Positions 11,242 to 25,067 are shown, counted from the stretch's first letter. The stretch: 64,000 bases of DNA from Eledone cirrhosa (GCA_964016885.1 OZ024740.1:316324001-316388000); one strand, 5' to 3'. A program made the numbers and translations. The notes: generated by a model not told the origin, from the sequence alone.

Positions 11242-13484
11242 GAACACAACACACAACCCAGCCCAAGAATCAAATCCACAACATGATCGCAAGTCCAACA
11301 CCCTTACCACTAGACCACACACCTCCATATGGGAAGGCTACATATAAATTAAATCAACACCAGTACAATATATTGTACATATTTTATCAACCCCAGAAAA
11401 ATGAAGAGCAAAGTTGATCCAGACAAGATTTAAACTTGAAATGCAAAAGAATATAACCAATAAATAAGAGACATTAGCCTGGTACACTACCATCTTTAAG
11501 CTGGTACACTACCATCTTTAAGCTGGTACACTACCATCTTTAAGTTCCATAACTGTAAAATATTGACAATGTTAGAAGATGTGTAAGAAGAAGAAATTAT
11601 GAGTTGTCCAAAGACAACTGTAACAAATCAAACTCAAACAAAACAAAAGAACTTCTCATTAAGAACTAATAAAAAATAAATATGAGCTGTTTTGAGAATG
11701 AAACAAACCAGGATATACTTGGTGAAATAGTTGTGATGACATATAAATGTCAAGTGTGTTGGATGAAGAGATGAGGACAATAGAGCTATTGTTAAGGTAT
11801 TAAATAATCCTGTAATTTAAATACTACTAAAACATCTAATATACAGGTCAAACAGAGCATATAATAGCTATTAAAGTTAAGACTGAATTTATCATCAACT
11901 AGATTACAAAGAAAATGATAAAGTTTACAGTCAATAAGTAACTAGGCTCCATATCACCTATTTTCACACCTAAAAGATAATCCTTATTTTATGTCTGCTT
12001 GTCCATGCTGGCATAGGTTGGATTGGTCAACAAGGTCTAAATCAGTTCTTACTCAGAGTTATTGCCTTCCTATATGAGTTAAGGATCATATCCTGCTTCT
12101 ACATTCTACTTTACAGAATGTATTAAGTGTACCTGTACTAGTGTTTTGTTACTGGCAAGACTAATGAGTCCTTTTTACCTGACACTATTCATTCACCTGT
12201 ACTATTATGACTAAAACAGTAGTGTTTAACAAATATTTCCTATTCTTCACTTCAAATCAAACTGGAGTCAACTTTGCCTTTCCTCATTCCAAGGCAAGAT
12301 AAAACAAGTGCCAGGCATGTAAAGTTGATATAATCAACAATACTCTACACATTTATGGTATTGTGCCAATCTAAGAAATCATTTTCACAAGCATTTCCAC
12401 ACCTTTAAAACTATTGGCTCCATCCCAAACCTACTCAAAAATACTAAATACACTTTTCCAGTTCTACTTCAATAATACCAACTAAACTCCCTCCCATACT
12501 TATATGTACTTTTACATTACTACTTCAATAATACCAACTAAAATCCCTCCCTGAGACCACACTTATATAACGAATTATAACACTGTATTATTATGTTGAA
12601 CATCTTGAATAAAACATTAACAACACCAACACTGTCATCACCCCACTCTCTGGACTGGCAATGTCAACTTTCACAGGTAAATAAGGGACAACCTTTGCTG
12701 ACTACAAAATAGAAGAAACAGATTTTTAAAGGATATGTATATGAAATCTTAAAACTTAAATCAAATGTTCTCAAAGTCGGCTATGGAGCGTTGTGTGTGG
12801 GTTGCGATAGATATAATATAATAGTATATTAAATATCAAATGATACATATTATATATAAATATAGTAAAAAAAAGCAGGGATGATCAAAGTAAAATAACG
12901 AAATGATAGTAAATTGTGCAGGTGATATTCATTGTGTAATAATGAACTAGTGTTTAGCACAATCAATTAGTTACTTCAACCAGACAGCATATATCTGTAT
13001 GTCTTTCGTTTGTGAACACCCAATACCTCTCATACCACTCTCCTTCATGATATTTGTTATGCATGTACTTCGATTTATCTTACTTGTATACTTCGAGTAA
13101 GCTAAATCGAAGTATATGAGCTGGTTAATTCTGTAAAAAAGCCATCTAGGCTACCAATAAAAATTAAAAAGCAACTTTTTCACTCTGATGTATCATGCCA
13201 AAAACGGGTCATGATTACATAATAGATATTCCTCCTTTAATAAAATACCAACCCCGGCCCCCGGGGTTTTTCAACAAGTACACCATATCGTAAAGAACCG
13301 ACTAAAAGTGTTGGTGTCAGGAAGTGCATCCAGTTGTAAAACACTGCCTCAAACAATGGTGATGAATTTAAGAATACATATTTATGAGCCGTGACGCTAA
13401 AATAGATAATTGTTTCTACTTTTGGCACAAGGCCAGCAATTATCCCAGTGTATTACTGGTACTTTATGACGCTAAAATAGATAA

Positions 13485-14352
13485 TACTAGCAGAATGGCC
13501 CGACGTTGCTCGGGATTCTAACATAGATTGGCATGTTTATCCCTCCTTTCTGAAACAGTACAGAGAAGTACGGAATACCTCGGCCTGGGGATGGTGTCTA
13601 CATTTTGTGCTTATAAAAACAATTTGTCGTAGATTACCAGGGGTTTAACTTAATTGGGTGCCTAAGAGTAAAATGTTCAACCCACGAAAGCAAAGGCGAT
13701 AGGGTTAAGTAAAAAGGCATTCGACAAACCGAACATGTATTTGTTGTGCTATGGTACAATGAAAGCAATAGTTACAGGGCAGTAAGAATGTGGGACTGCA
13801 GTGGTGGAGAGCATGAAGGAATTTAGTTGGATACTTTTAAGGTTACAGGCCCTAACGCAACCAAAATGCTAAAAAATGCAGTCCCCGGGCAAAAATTTGA
13901 AATCTTTTTCAGTCAAGAAAATTTGTGAAACATAAGTAATGCATATGCAAAGTTTAAAAAAAAAATCGGTTGGGTACTTCTCGAGTTACAGGCCCTAACG
14001 CAACCAAAATGCTTCAAAACATTGGTTTTTCTCCTAATGCAGTCCCTGGGGCAAAAAACGAGAAAATCTTTTTTGCTCGAAACACTTTAAAGGACCTAAG
14101 TAATGCAAATTTTGAAGAAATCGCCTGGATTATTGTTCCGTTATGCCTAAAAAAAAGCCTTTAAAGCCTAAAATATGCGGTTTTTCGCCTAATGCGGTCC
14201 CTAAAGCATTGAAAATTTGAAATATGTTTTGCTCAAAACACTCACACGACCATAAGTATTACATGTGTAAAGTTTGAAAAAAATTGGTTGGGTGGTTCTC
14301 GAGTTTTAGGAAAACAGACAGACATTTTCTGGTTTATATATATATAGAAGAT
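13485..14352 (+). mobile_element. Helitron/Helentron-associated (HINE/DINE-like) non-autonomous element
   Basis: 5' actagc..cccgacgttgctcggg hairpin and 3' acagacagac..tttatatatatagaagat; similar ends at 27698 and 60571. Confidence 0.7.
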
Positions 14353-15292
14353 ATAAGGGTCTCCAGGTTGGTACTTCGCTGAGGTGTCGGGTGATGCCCG
14401 TGAGGGTGCCTGGTTATTTCAGCGCCTTGGCCTCGCCATCACCCGTGGTAATGCTGAGAGTGTGGCGACTTGCCTCAAGCGTTAACCCCTATTTTTATAC
14501 ACGGTTTAGACATTATATTTGTAATGTCCTTTTTAACGAATTGCGAGCAATTTATAATGTTATTTATGTATATATTTAAAACATGTTAGCATATTATTCT
14601 ACTGTAAATTTATACAATTGTAAATTTGTACATAATAAATTGCTTTCACACAAACAGAACCCTCGACTCGTCAAGTACACACCTTGCAATATCTATGTAG
14701 CACACAATGGGCCTTCGCAGCCCCTTAGACCGGCTCTGATTAGTTTCCTTAGATTCTGTTTTACGAAATAATTGACAAATACAGGAACACATTCACACAA
14801 GCTAACAAATATAGGTACAATAACGGATGCTGGCATTTACAAATAAAAAAAAATTCAAGGGACGTGAACAATTGCCAAATGTAAATATAGAGCAATACGA
14901 AGGGCTTCTGATAATACTTTCGTTACATATCTACGTGTATTCGGCATCCTTGTTTTGATCTCATTCCTATATTAGATATGATTAAAATGTTTGACGATGT
15001 ATTCTGTAATTAACGCTGTTGAAATTATTTATTCATTAGCTAATTGAAATGTGTTTTGTGATAGCATATTCCTCAACGTTCGCTGTTATAATTAAATATT
15101 TATTTCTAACACAATGAACGTGTATGTATTTTTTACTTTGAGAATATTAATCTAAATCAACGAACCGTAGTCATTCAGGCGTGATAAATTTACTTTCATT
15201 TTCTGCGTACCAATAACAAAAGATGATCAAATACAGAATAATTATTAGGGCCCTCTGAAATATATTCTATTTTTTCTTCAATTTTAACCGTT

Positions 15293-15323
<31 letters not shown>

Positions 15324-16230
15324 TTCATAAACACTGGGCAATCTTGTTTCTAATTGACTATTTTGTAAAAGAAAAAGAAATTACACCGAAATATATTGTG
15401 AACAAAATAAAATAATGAATGTAAGAATAAAAAAAAAAAGACGGAAATACACATTTGGTTAGTCTTTTTCTAATTGTATATTTTTTAATGTTTGAATTAC
15501 AAGCAAACAGCATCTAATTTCGATAGATGAACTCTAGCGAGGTCACATGTCCTTACCGAAAGGACCTTAGATGCATCTACATCACTACAACTATACCGAA
15601 GATTCTTTCAGTCGGATCATTAAAATACAGAGTACAGAATAATTACGATATCATATTTTGTAAATAGATACTCCCTTCTCGATCGTGCAAAGCATTAAAT
15701 ACGTATAAGGCTTTATATTTATATACAGGAAAGATAATAATACCAAGTTAGACTGTTCATGTCTTTCACAAGGGCATAAAGTATTCACGTGTTCGCTGCT
15801 AACGTTCTCAACGAACAAGTGTACTACTGTCATTCACAAAAAGTCAATAATCCGTAAATACATACATTCCTCTCTTGTATTGTTTATAAATGTATACTAT
15901 TTTGACATAGAAACTAAAGTTATCCAGAGAGGTATGGGAGCCGCTAGGTTTAATTAAATACATTAAAACACGCCGTTTCTATGCATGGTTGAAAGTCTCG
16001 CTTCGTATGTCAGTTCAGAATTGAAAAGTCAGAATAGTATATTATATATGTGTCTCACAATGATAGAGATAAATTTTATTGTTAATTTTCAAGAACATGA
16101 TCATTCGTTTGAATTTAAATGTTGTGTATTTTAATATATATGTTATGAAGTGGCATTTAAAATTTCCTGTATATCCTCATCATTATGGGACACCCTGTGT
16201 GTGTGTATGTATATATATATATATATATAT

Positions 16231-16282
<52 letters not shown>

Positions 16283-16374
16283 TATAAAATTGTATAATTT
16301 TTATAATAAAATGAATAATAAAACTCTACTTAGGTATTAAGTACTCTTTTCTCTCAGCCGTTAATCACACATGG

Positions 16375-16407
<33 letters not shown>

Positions 16408-16409
<2 letters not shown>

Positions 16410-16628
16410 TTAATTTTAGGTTTAATCAATCACATAAGTTTATACTATATACAACAGATATATCAATTGATAAACTGCTAGTATTTTGTACATATAACAG
16501 GACAATTGAAGTACGTATTTTTATTTACATATTTGTCCTGTTATATGTACAAAATACTAGCAGTTTATCAATTGATATATCTGTTGTATATAGTTTAAAC
16601 TTATGTGATTGATTAAACCTAAAATTAA

Positions 16629-16630
<2 letters not shown>
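16408..16630. repeat. Near-perfect inverted repeat (98-bp arms, 27-bp spacer) embedded in (TA)/(CA)
   Basis: 16408-16505 is the reverse complement of 16533-16630 with one mismatch. Confidence 0.95.
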
Positions 16631-16685
<55 letters not shown>

Positions 16686-17880
16686 TATAAAATATTAATT
16701 CAGTTTAGATTTAAAGTCAAATAATGTTCTACAAAATTCATTAACAAGTTAGAAACTAATACAATTGTTTATATCACTGCTATTTAACAAGTGTATAAAT
16801 TGTTCACTTTCTTTTTCTCAGTGTTTGACTAAATATTAAAGTCTTTATTATTATTTATATAATTTTATCCTATAGATAAAAGCTCCCAGTATTATTTATG
16901 TAAAGTCTGATAGTAAATCAACACAACTCGTTTGGGAAACTGGGAGATGGTGGCGTCCATGCAACATCACTTCTATATAAATGTCTTATATCTCATTCTG
17001 TAAGAAATGTTCATTAAGTATCATATATATTATATGAAGTTCTAAGCAGTGGTATAAATTAATATTGTATATACTGTAATAACATAAAATGATATTGCTG
17101 TTGTTTGGCCCCCATGTCAGACTTGACCGAACAAACAGACCTATGATCAAAGACATTCCATCTGTCACCATCAAATATTTTTGTATATTTAGTATATCCT
17201 TTCATTTTAATACGGTGGAGTAGATCTGAGGCAAATTTGGCAGCTATTTTTAGCAAGTTGAGTTATATACAGGTGCTTTTGTTGGTTTAATGTTAATGTA
17301 TTGCTATTTACCGAAAACAGATCATCACTAGTTACAGAACACCGGATTCTACCGTCTTCTATTATATAATTCCATTCACATCTAAAATGATTTACACGAA
17401 TATGATATAAAAATCGATGCAAATACTTGACTAGTGTTTTAGTAATACATAGATACGAATTGTGATTCAGATTACAAATTAAAAAAATAAGTATATTTTT
17501 CTTTCTTTGATAGATAAAATGTCTTAGATTTAGAGAAATTGAGATATGGTTTATGTGAAAATTATAAATATAACCTTTCGGAATAGCATTAGCAATGTAA
17601 ACATAACGAATGAGAAAATAAGGCCGCGAACTCGGCTTCTCGGGAATTTACATCGATTCTTATATATACTCGCCTCTGATAATGGAAAAAAAAATATCAA
17701 TAGATTTGATCGGAAATCGAATTCAATTGCCACATGATAATGTATCGTTGACCGGCTATCTTTTCCAAAGAAAAAAAGATAATGATATGACAGAACTAAA
17801 AATATATTTTTACTGATTCATTATTATTCTTTAATGAATATTTTAAACAAAAATAAAACCGATAATTATATTTAACTTAC

Positions 17881-17912
17881 TGGAAAGTGTGTTCAGATGT
17901 CCATATCCTCAT
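17881..17912 (-). CDS. PRELID3B: First coding exon of a slowmo/PRELI-domain protein 3 (PRELID3A/B-like) gene
   Basis: ATG AGG ATA TGG ACA TCT GAA CAC ACT TTC CA|GTAAGT = MRIWTSEHTF, matching the MKIWTSEHxF N-terminus of slowmo/PRELID3; perfect donor site; no exon 2 (HPWE..KYPNP) found in the window. Confidence 0.85.
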
Positions 17913-17972
17913 GATTAGGAGGAGCGGACGACAGCGATACAGATGTTGTTAACGCTGAAACCACTCTTGGTA

Positions 17973-18009
17973 GAATGACGCAACGGTCATGTGACCAGGT
18001 CAATTTATA
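17973..18009 (-). promoter_or_regulatory. Core promoter of the PRELID3-like gene: TATA box, E-box palindrome, Inr
   Basis: Minus-strand TATAAAT (18009-18003), GGTCACATGACC, then TCATTC Inr with its A 33 nt downstream of the TATA start and 64 nt upstream of the ATG. Confidence 0.65.
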
Positions 18010-18199
18010 GGGCTGTAGCAGTAGTGTAGTGACGAGCACTGAAGATAGCAGATTATATGTTAATTATACATACATACACACATACATATATAATATATAT
18101 AATTTTATTTAGACTGTAGGGGTATTTCCTATTTCAACTTAACATATTCTACAGAGTAGATATATGTTTATTATACGCGCATACACAAACATATCTCTT

Positions 18200-18247
<48 letters not shown>

Positions 18248-18370
18248 AAGAGATATGTTTGTGTATATTATATTATGGAATACTGTTGGCTTCTTGCTAC
18301 AATACTTTCTATACCTTTCATTTATATATATATATGTGTATGTGTGTGTGTGTGTGTGTAATTTTCACAT

Positions 18371-18545
18371 GTAGGCCCCGAACAAGATGTTTGGATAACA
18401 ATAAGCTTGGCTGATCTCGCTTGGGGATCCAGCCGAATCAGATGGAGATATTTGCTTCTGCCAGAACCCGCTGGAAGAATTGTTTGAGGACTGCCCCCAT
18501 GACCTTCTCAGGAATAAGTGAGCGAAAAAGAAGAAAAGAAGAAAT
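18371..18545 (+). mobile_element. 3' fragment of a different RTE family
   Basis: Reads GRPRTRCLDN..RLGIQP..ASARTRW, typical of an RTE C-terminus. Confidence 0.6.
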
Positions 18546-18571
18546 ATATAATTTTATTTAGACATAACATA

Positions 18572-18740
18572 CGAGGGGCGGCTGAAAAGTTCATAGGCTG
18601 ACTATGAAGGATGATGCTATAGCTATGAAATCTTGCATGCCTTATTTCAACTCTTCTTATTAATAACTACATGTTTCTTTATAGGGAGTATGTTGAAAAA
18701 TAAACCTCATTTGGTCGTTCCATGAGAGTATCTTGGTCAA
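18572..18740. mobile_element. Tc1/mariner-like MITE (partial)
   Basis: TA + cgaggggcggctgaaaagttcataggctgac TIR; same family as 29315 and 59113. Confidence 0.7.
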
Positions 18741-18837
18741 TCTATGATTAACATAAATCTATTTTGAACCCTGTATATTCTACAGGGTACAAAATATTTT
18801 ACGCACGCACATGCACACACACACACGCAGGCTCGCG

Positions 18838-18881
<44 letters not shown>

Positions 18882-18886
18882 CACAA

Positions 18887-18923
<37 letters not shown>

Positions 18924-19678
18924 CACATACATATAAGCATAAGGGATATTCAATTTGTTGGTAATTCAACAAATATACATGTTTAAATGTTTATAACTGA
19001 TTCAGAACACTCAATATATATATATCCTTCGTCTGTTTCGTTCCTTGTATCTTTACCACTTCTAGCAGTCTCCCTCTCTGTTACTCTCTCCTCAACTTTC
19101 ACTCACTCATTCTCTGTCACTACCTCTCCTCCTCCTCCTTCAAGTTTGACCTGTGTGTAATTCTTTTCTCGCGCAGTCTTGACCGAGCTGGTATGGAAAT
19201 TTTTTTCTCTCTCTCTTTCGTCTGCGACTTCACAAAAACTTGCGTTTACCGAATTCGTAGACCAGACCCCCTTATCTTCTTCTTCTTCTTCTTCTTCTTC
19301 TTCTTCTTCTTCTTCTTCTTCTTCTTCTTCTTCTTCTTCTTCCTCTTCTCTCCTTTTTCTTTCTCTCTCTCTCTCTTTTTTCCCCCCCCTGTCAAACTTG
19401 GGCGAAATTCTTTCCTTGCTCACATTTCAACCAGGTTTGATGGTCTTTCGTCTCTTGTTCACGATTTCACAGAGTTTATATTCATAGAGATCTGGGACTT
19501 GTCTATTTCTACTCACTTTCCGTTGCTTAAACCTTTTTGTTGTTACTCTAGCGTCCCCCTTTATTTACGTGTCCCAACGACTTTTTTTAGCCGTTGTTCG
19601 CACCAACCTGAGGCATATGGCCCTTAAAGCGATGAAATGCCGAGGACGGTTGGAGGGTCACTGATGAAGGACTCACTT

Positions 19679-19783
<105 letters not shown>

Positions 19784-19804
19784 GAGAGGGAGAGAGAGGG
19801 AGAG

Positions 19805-22800
19805 AGAATTCACAAGAATCAAAGCTATGTTCAAAGCATTTATTCACTTACAATTATTTCATCCAAACCTCAATAGAGTGAGATGGAGGACATTCCATTA
19901 TGATAAAAACAAATCAAACAAAATTGATAATACTAACAAATTCGACTCCTTCGGCTTTAAAACTTTTAGAAGCCCCCCTCACAACACACTACTAAACTCC
20001 TTTGAAAATGACCTAATAAAACTAGTTAAGAACATTAAATACAAAAAGCATCGTAATAGAAACACCTTCTTAAACAAACTTAACTCCTCTATTAAGGGAT
20101 TCAAAACAAGTAGTAAAATTATTGTGCATGCGGACAAAACTAATAACATATACAGCCTAGATTATGATACATATAGAAAGTTTATATATGGTGAACTACA
20201 TAAGAGCTACAAGAAAACTACTATGAAAAACCTAGAAGATATTAATATAGAAGGCTGTAATATAGTGTCCAAACTAGGACTTCAGAGACATACACAACCA
20301 TACACCCCAAACCCCCCTAGATTCTCTCTGAAGGACCGTAAGGAGGATTTCATTAGTAACCCCTCGATTAGACTAATCTGCCCTTCCAAGTCTGACATTG
20401 GCATTATCAGTAAGACAATTTTAGATAAAATCATCCCACAGATTAAACACAAAATATACCTTAAACAATGGGGAAATACGGGTGAAGTTATTGAATGGTT
20501 TAAGGATATCAAGGAAAACAAAAATAAAAAATCTATTCAATTTGATATCAATTCATACTACACCTCTATTTCCCCTATCCTATTAAATAAGGCACTAATT
20601 ATGGCCATGAACAATAGTGACCTGACTAGACCCCAGATTGATGTCATACTTGCGGCCCGTAAAACCGTAATCACTTTTGAAGACCAGTTATGGACCCGCA
20701 AGGATACGCATAGCAACTTCGACATAACCATGGGATCTAGTGACTCGGCGCAGGTCACTGATTTTTGGGCCTATACTTACTAAACGAAATCCATAAGGAC
20801 CTTCCATACCTCAACGGTGGATTGTGCCGCGATGATGCACCTCTCCTTGTAGGCTATAAAAAATTTAATATAGAAAGAACTAGAAAACTATTGCACAAGA
20901 CTTTCAAAAACTATAACCTAAGTATATCACCATAGACAAAAACACTAAAAACGTTAACTTCCTAGAAGCCACCCTTTACCTAGACTCTAAGATATATACA
21001 CCATTCCATAAACCTAACGAAAAACTGATTTACGCAGATACCAAGTCTAACCACCCTAGATCAATATTAAGCTCTATCTCTAAAGGAATATTCAATAGAA
21101 TCTCTAATCTATCTTATGACGAAACCATATTTAGCAAAAACTCACAATACTATAATCAGGCATTAGCTAGATCAGGCCATAATAATGAGATCGAGTTCCT
21201 ACCTATAAAAACACATAGTTACAACATTATTTCGCACAATATGTCCATGAGGAAAAATAGTAATAAGAATAATAACCACACACACACTAGTACGAAGGGT
21301 GGCAACAAACGTAACCCACACCAGGGAGGACACCAAAATACCATAAACGGAAGCATCTCACCAGACATAAAAAACAAAAATAGAAGAAGAAATAATACAT
21401 TTTTCAACCCCCCTTTCAATCTAAACGTCTCTACCAACCTACCTAAAGCTTTCTTCTCACTCCTAGATAAAAACTTCCCATCTGGCCACAAGTACCATAG
21501 TCTTATAAATAAAAACACCATTAAAATCTCCTACTCTACCACGCCTAACATAGCATACCACATAGCTAGTAGCAATAAAAGAAAAATTAATACTTACTTC
21601 CAACAAACTAAAACACAGCAGGGGGTAAACCTTCAAAACAGCGTAATACCTGCAAACCCTAATATCAATAGTAATAATAGTAATAGCACTAGTGAAAGCA
21701 ATAACGCTAGGAGCGACTACCCCCATAGCCATAATGCAATACCTAGCAACCAGACTTCTACACAACATAATAACCGGCAAGTTAACATCCAAAATAATTG
21801 TAACTGTAGATCTAATAGAACCTGCCCTTTAGATAAAAACTGCTTAATCAAGGACATCATATACTCATGCACCGTCAGAACTAGCAACTCTTCTGAAACC
21901 TATATAGGCTCTACTTCGAACTGCTTCAAAACCAGATACAATTCACACCTCCATTCTTTCAAAAAACACAGTCTAGCTACATACACTATCTAAAAACTAG
22001 AAATAGATCTTATACACTTCAATGGGAAGTGATAGGTAAGGCGGCATCGTACAAACCACCTAATAAATTCTGTAACCTCTGTCTACTAGAGACCCATACT
22101 ATAATCTTCTCAAACCATAACCTCCTTAATAAAAAATCGGAAGAGTTTGCGTCGTGCCAGCACCGCTTCCGGCACTCCTTCCAAAACTTTAAACCCAATA
22201 TATAACAATGTCGGACTTGAACCCATCACCACTTCTAACACCACACCTCAAGGGCACACCTTACACCACAACTCCACACTCTCTGATCCACCCTATCTTG
22301 ACACAAATCATTCCATCTATCTATAACTTTATACCCTAGAAATATCCCCATAAACACCTACTTTTAATATAACTACTTTCAATTACTTATAATTATATAA
22401 TGATACAATACAGTCTATATAAACTTTAAATACTGGATACGGAAATGAATTATTTATGCATTTGTAATTAAATGTATGGAGTGATAACATTGGATATATA
22501 TAAGATTAATTTATTAACATAAGAGATCTGTCTAACTTATATGTAGGGTGCTGCAATGAATTATATATGAATTATATATGCAAGTATAACTTGATGGATA
22601 TATTAATGACATTGTAAATGAGGGATGTATTTGTCTGCCCTAGAGATGTATTTTGTTTTGCCATGCAAACAGCCATACGCTGCTCCATAACTTGCCAGGG
22701 GTTATGTAGACAAAATTCTAATAGGTCCCCTGATATGTTCTGAGAGTAGACTGCATTTACAGTGAACTTTGATATATAGGTATGGCACTTTGTATGGAAT

Positions 22801-23753
22801 ATTCAATTGTAGCACTATATAATAGGGAGTAATCAACTTAATATAGATACCTTTAGTACATCATGACTGTATTTAAAATTGGAAACTAGATGTAAATGTA
22901 TAACCGTCTATATAAGAGACTCAATTGAGGCGCCTTATAATGTATGTTAGAACAATGAATTTAGTTATGAGATTCGGCTAGTTACCTCCCCTTACGCATT
23001 AATTCCCCTTAATTACACACATACTTCCGGGTAATAAACCGCTGTAAATTCTCGCAGCAGAATCAACCTATTCTATAAGCTTGGATTAAATAACACTGAG
23101 CCTCAATACGCTAAAATAATTTATTTTAATGCATCAAACATTCAATACGGAATCATCGTTACTTATGTGATGGATGTAGAAACTATATCTTACTTTTTCT
23201 GAATGTGAAAATGGTGGTGGATACGAAAACCATAACTTTCCTTTGCTTCTTCTTTTTATTTCTCTGCACACATACTTTTTTGTTCTATACAAAAAATACC
23301 TTACCACTACAACCACCATAATAATCTTGCTTACCCGCTTAAAGTGCTTGCATTACGTGTAACACCCTGCCACACAATAATAGTATAAAAATGAGACACA
23401 CTTGCATGCTCCATGTGTAACTAACGCATACACTACCTACTAGATCTGACTATCAAACTATCCTCTTGCATTATCTGTGTTATCTGCCGAATGTATTTTA
23501 ATTTTGATTTTGATTTTGATTTTTAATTTGAATTGCTGTACAAAAATAGTATAGTATAATATATGTCACTCCACTTTACATCAATATATATATATATATA
23601 TATATATGTATCTGTATGTCTCTTGCGTTGGAAAGGAGGTCAATTATATGTACAAACATTGAAAAATGCCCCGAAGACTCCAAGCCTAGGTTTGGATGAA
23701 ACAATTGTAAGTGAATAAATGCTTTGAACATAGCTTTTAATCTTGTGAATTCT
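19805..23753 (+). mobile_element. Penelope-like element PLE-1 (YRDD type, C-terminal GIY-YIG), 5'-truncated and frameshifted, with inverted 5' tail
   Basis: DKTNN, QFDINSYY, MGSSDSAQV, GGLCRDD, CNCx5CPL, IIY..YIG; 66-bp inverted repeat 19805-19870 / 23688-23753. Confidence 0.92.
23667..23713 (+). ncRNA. Minimal type I HHR with CCGAAGA core in the PLE-1 3' end
   Basis: CCGAAGA-c-tccaagc(ctag)gtttgga-t-GAAA-caattg-TA followed by AATAAA; stem I is weak. Confidence 0.6.
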
Positions 23754-23910
23754 ATATAACTGCTCTGTAGAACAACTGATGTTATTACATTGAGCTATTT
23801 ATCTTACTGGTAATAAGGTAGTAATAAATTACTGACCTTCACTGTTTAGGGTTTAAAATATACATAACTATAAAAAGTTTTAATATATACATAACCATAA
23901 ATAGTATCCC

Positions 23911-23970
<60 letters not shown>

Positions 23971-24650
23971 AAAATGTTCAACCCCGACGGCAGAGCTCAA
24001 GCAGTTTCGACGGCTATTTATATATATATACATTTTTGTATAAAATTGTATATACATTTTTATTTAGTCCGAGGGGCGATTTCCTATTTCAACTTAACAT
24101 AGATAAATGGGTGAATATTCTATAGGGTACAAAATACCGTTAGCACCTCTCTCATACGGTCTTTTTTCTTTTCAAGTATGTAGGGAGGGAAAGAGTTTGT
24201 TTTATTAAAGTATTCGTTACTTAGGCTTTCACAGATTAGACAAGTCAACAAGCCGGTTTCAATTCCAAATTATAGTTAATTCATTTGATGTATAGAGTTA
24301 ATGAACGCGAAAACGGTGTCAATATAAAGTAATTTTATCTCTTTTCTGTACATACTTGTATAATTTACCTACAAACATTGAAACAAAAAAAAAAGACACG
24401 CAAGTAGGGTATGGCATGGGCCCCACTTGGACTAGGAGCACTTTCTATTAAAGTCAGATAAGCTATTGTCAGAGAGTGAAAAAAGAAACTTTTTCAGATG
24501 TATGTTCTCTCTTTGATTATTATGGGTGAAAAGCACTATGGTGGCTGGATCATTAAACCATTTATATAAATTATTAGATCTATAGGTAAAAATATAGTGC
24601 TGGGAACTACATGACCACATGACTTGTTAAATATTTTAATATGGTCTAAT

Positions 24651-24835
24651 GGTGGATTGGCAGTATCGGTAGAGGGTCGGACGCCATGCTTTCCAGCATA
24701 GTTACGTCCCTTTATGATCTGAGTTCAAATCCCGCCGAGGTTGACTTTGCCTTTCATCCTCACGGGGTCGATAAAATAAAGTACCAGTAATGCACTGGGT
24801 AATTGCTGGCCTTGTGCCTAAAGTAGAAACAATTA
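24651..24835 (+). mobile_element. SINE, Meta-domain-like family
   Basis: Full-length match to the 35068 and 62921 copies. Confidence 0.88.
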
Positions 24836-24938
24836 CACAGATCTCTCGCTTTAAATACACTAACACATTTGCAAATACTTCAGGTATACTTAGGCGTAAA
24901 GGATAGAACAAAGGAAAATGCAGTTTAATACCCTAAAC

Positions 24939-25067
24939 CAGCGTTACTCAACAGGTGCTCCACGGAACGCTAGGGTTCTGCAAGAAACAGAAAAAGAGAT
25001 AGATGATAAATTTTATGCAGGGATTCCCTGAAGCATGAAAACTATTCTACAAGGGTGAGAAACGCTA
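24939..25067. mobile_element. hAT-like MITE
   Basis: TIRs cagcgttactca / tgagaaacgcta; 8-bp TSD ccctaaac / ccctgaac. Confidence 0.7.

Larger units (their letters stand above)
10260..11325 (-). mobile_element. tRNA-head SINE split by an RTE insertion and a MITE insertion
   Basis: Pieces 10260-10398, 10989-11024 and 11242-11325 rejoin into one SINE with a tRNA-like head (gtggtctagtggtaagg). Confidence 0.55.

Noticed and set aside
18375-18522. Exon-like segment ending in gtgag
   Set aside because: Better explained as an RTE C-terminal fragment (GRPRTR..RLGI)
19103-19627. Poly-E/S/F ORFs
   Set aside because: (CTT)n microsatellite
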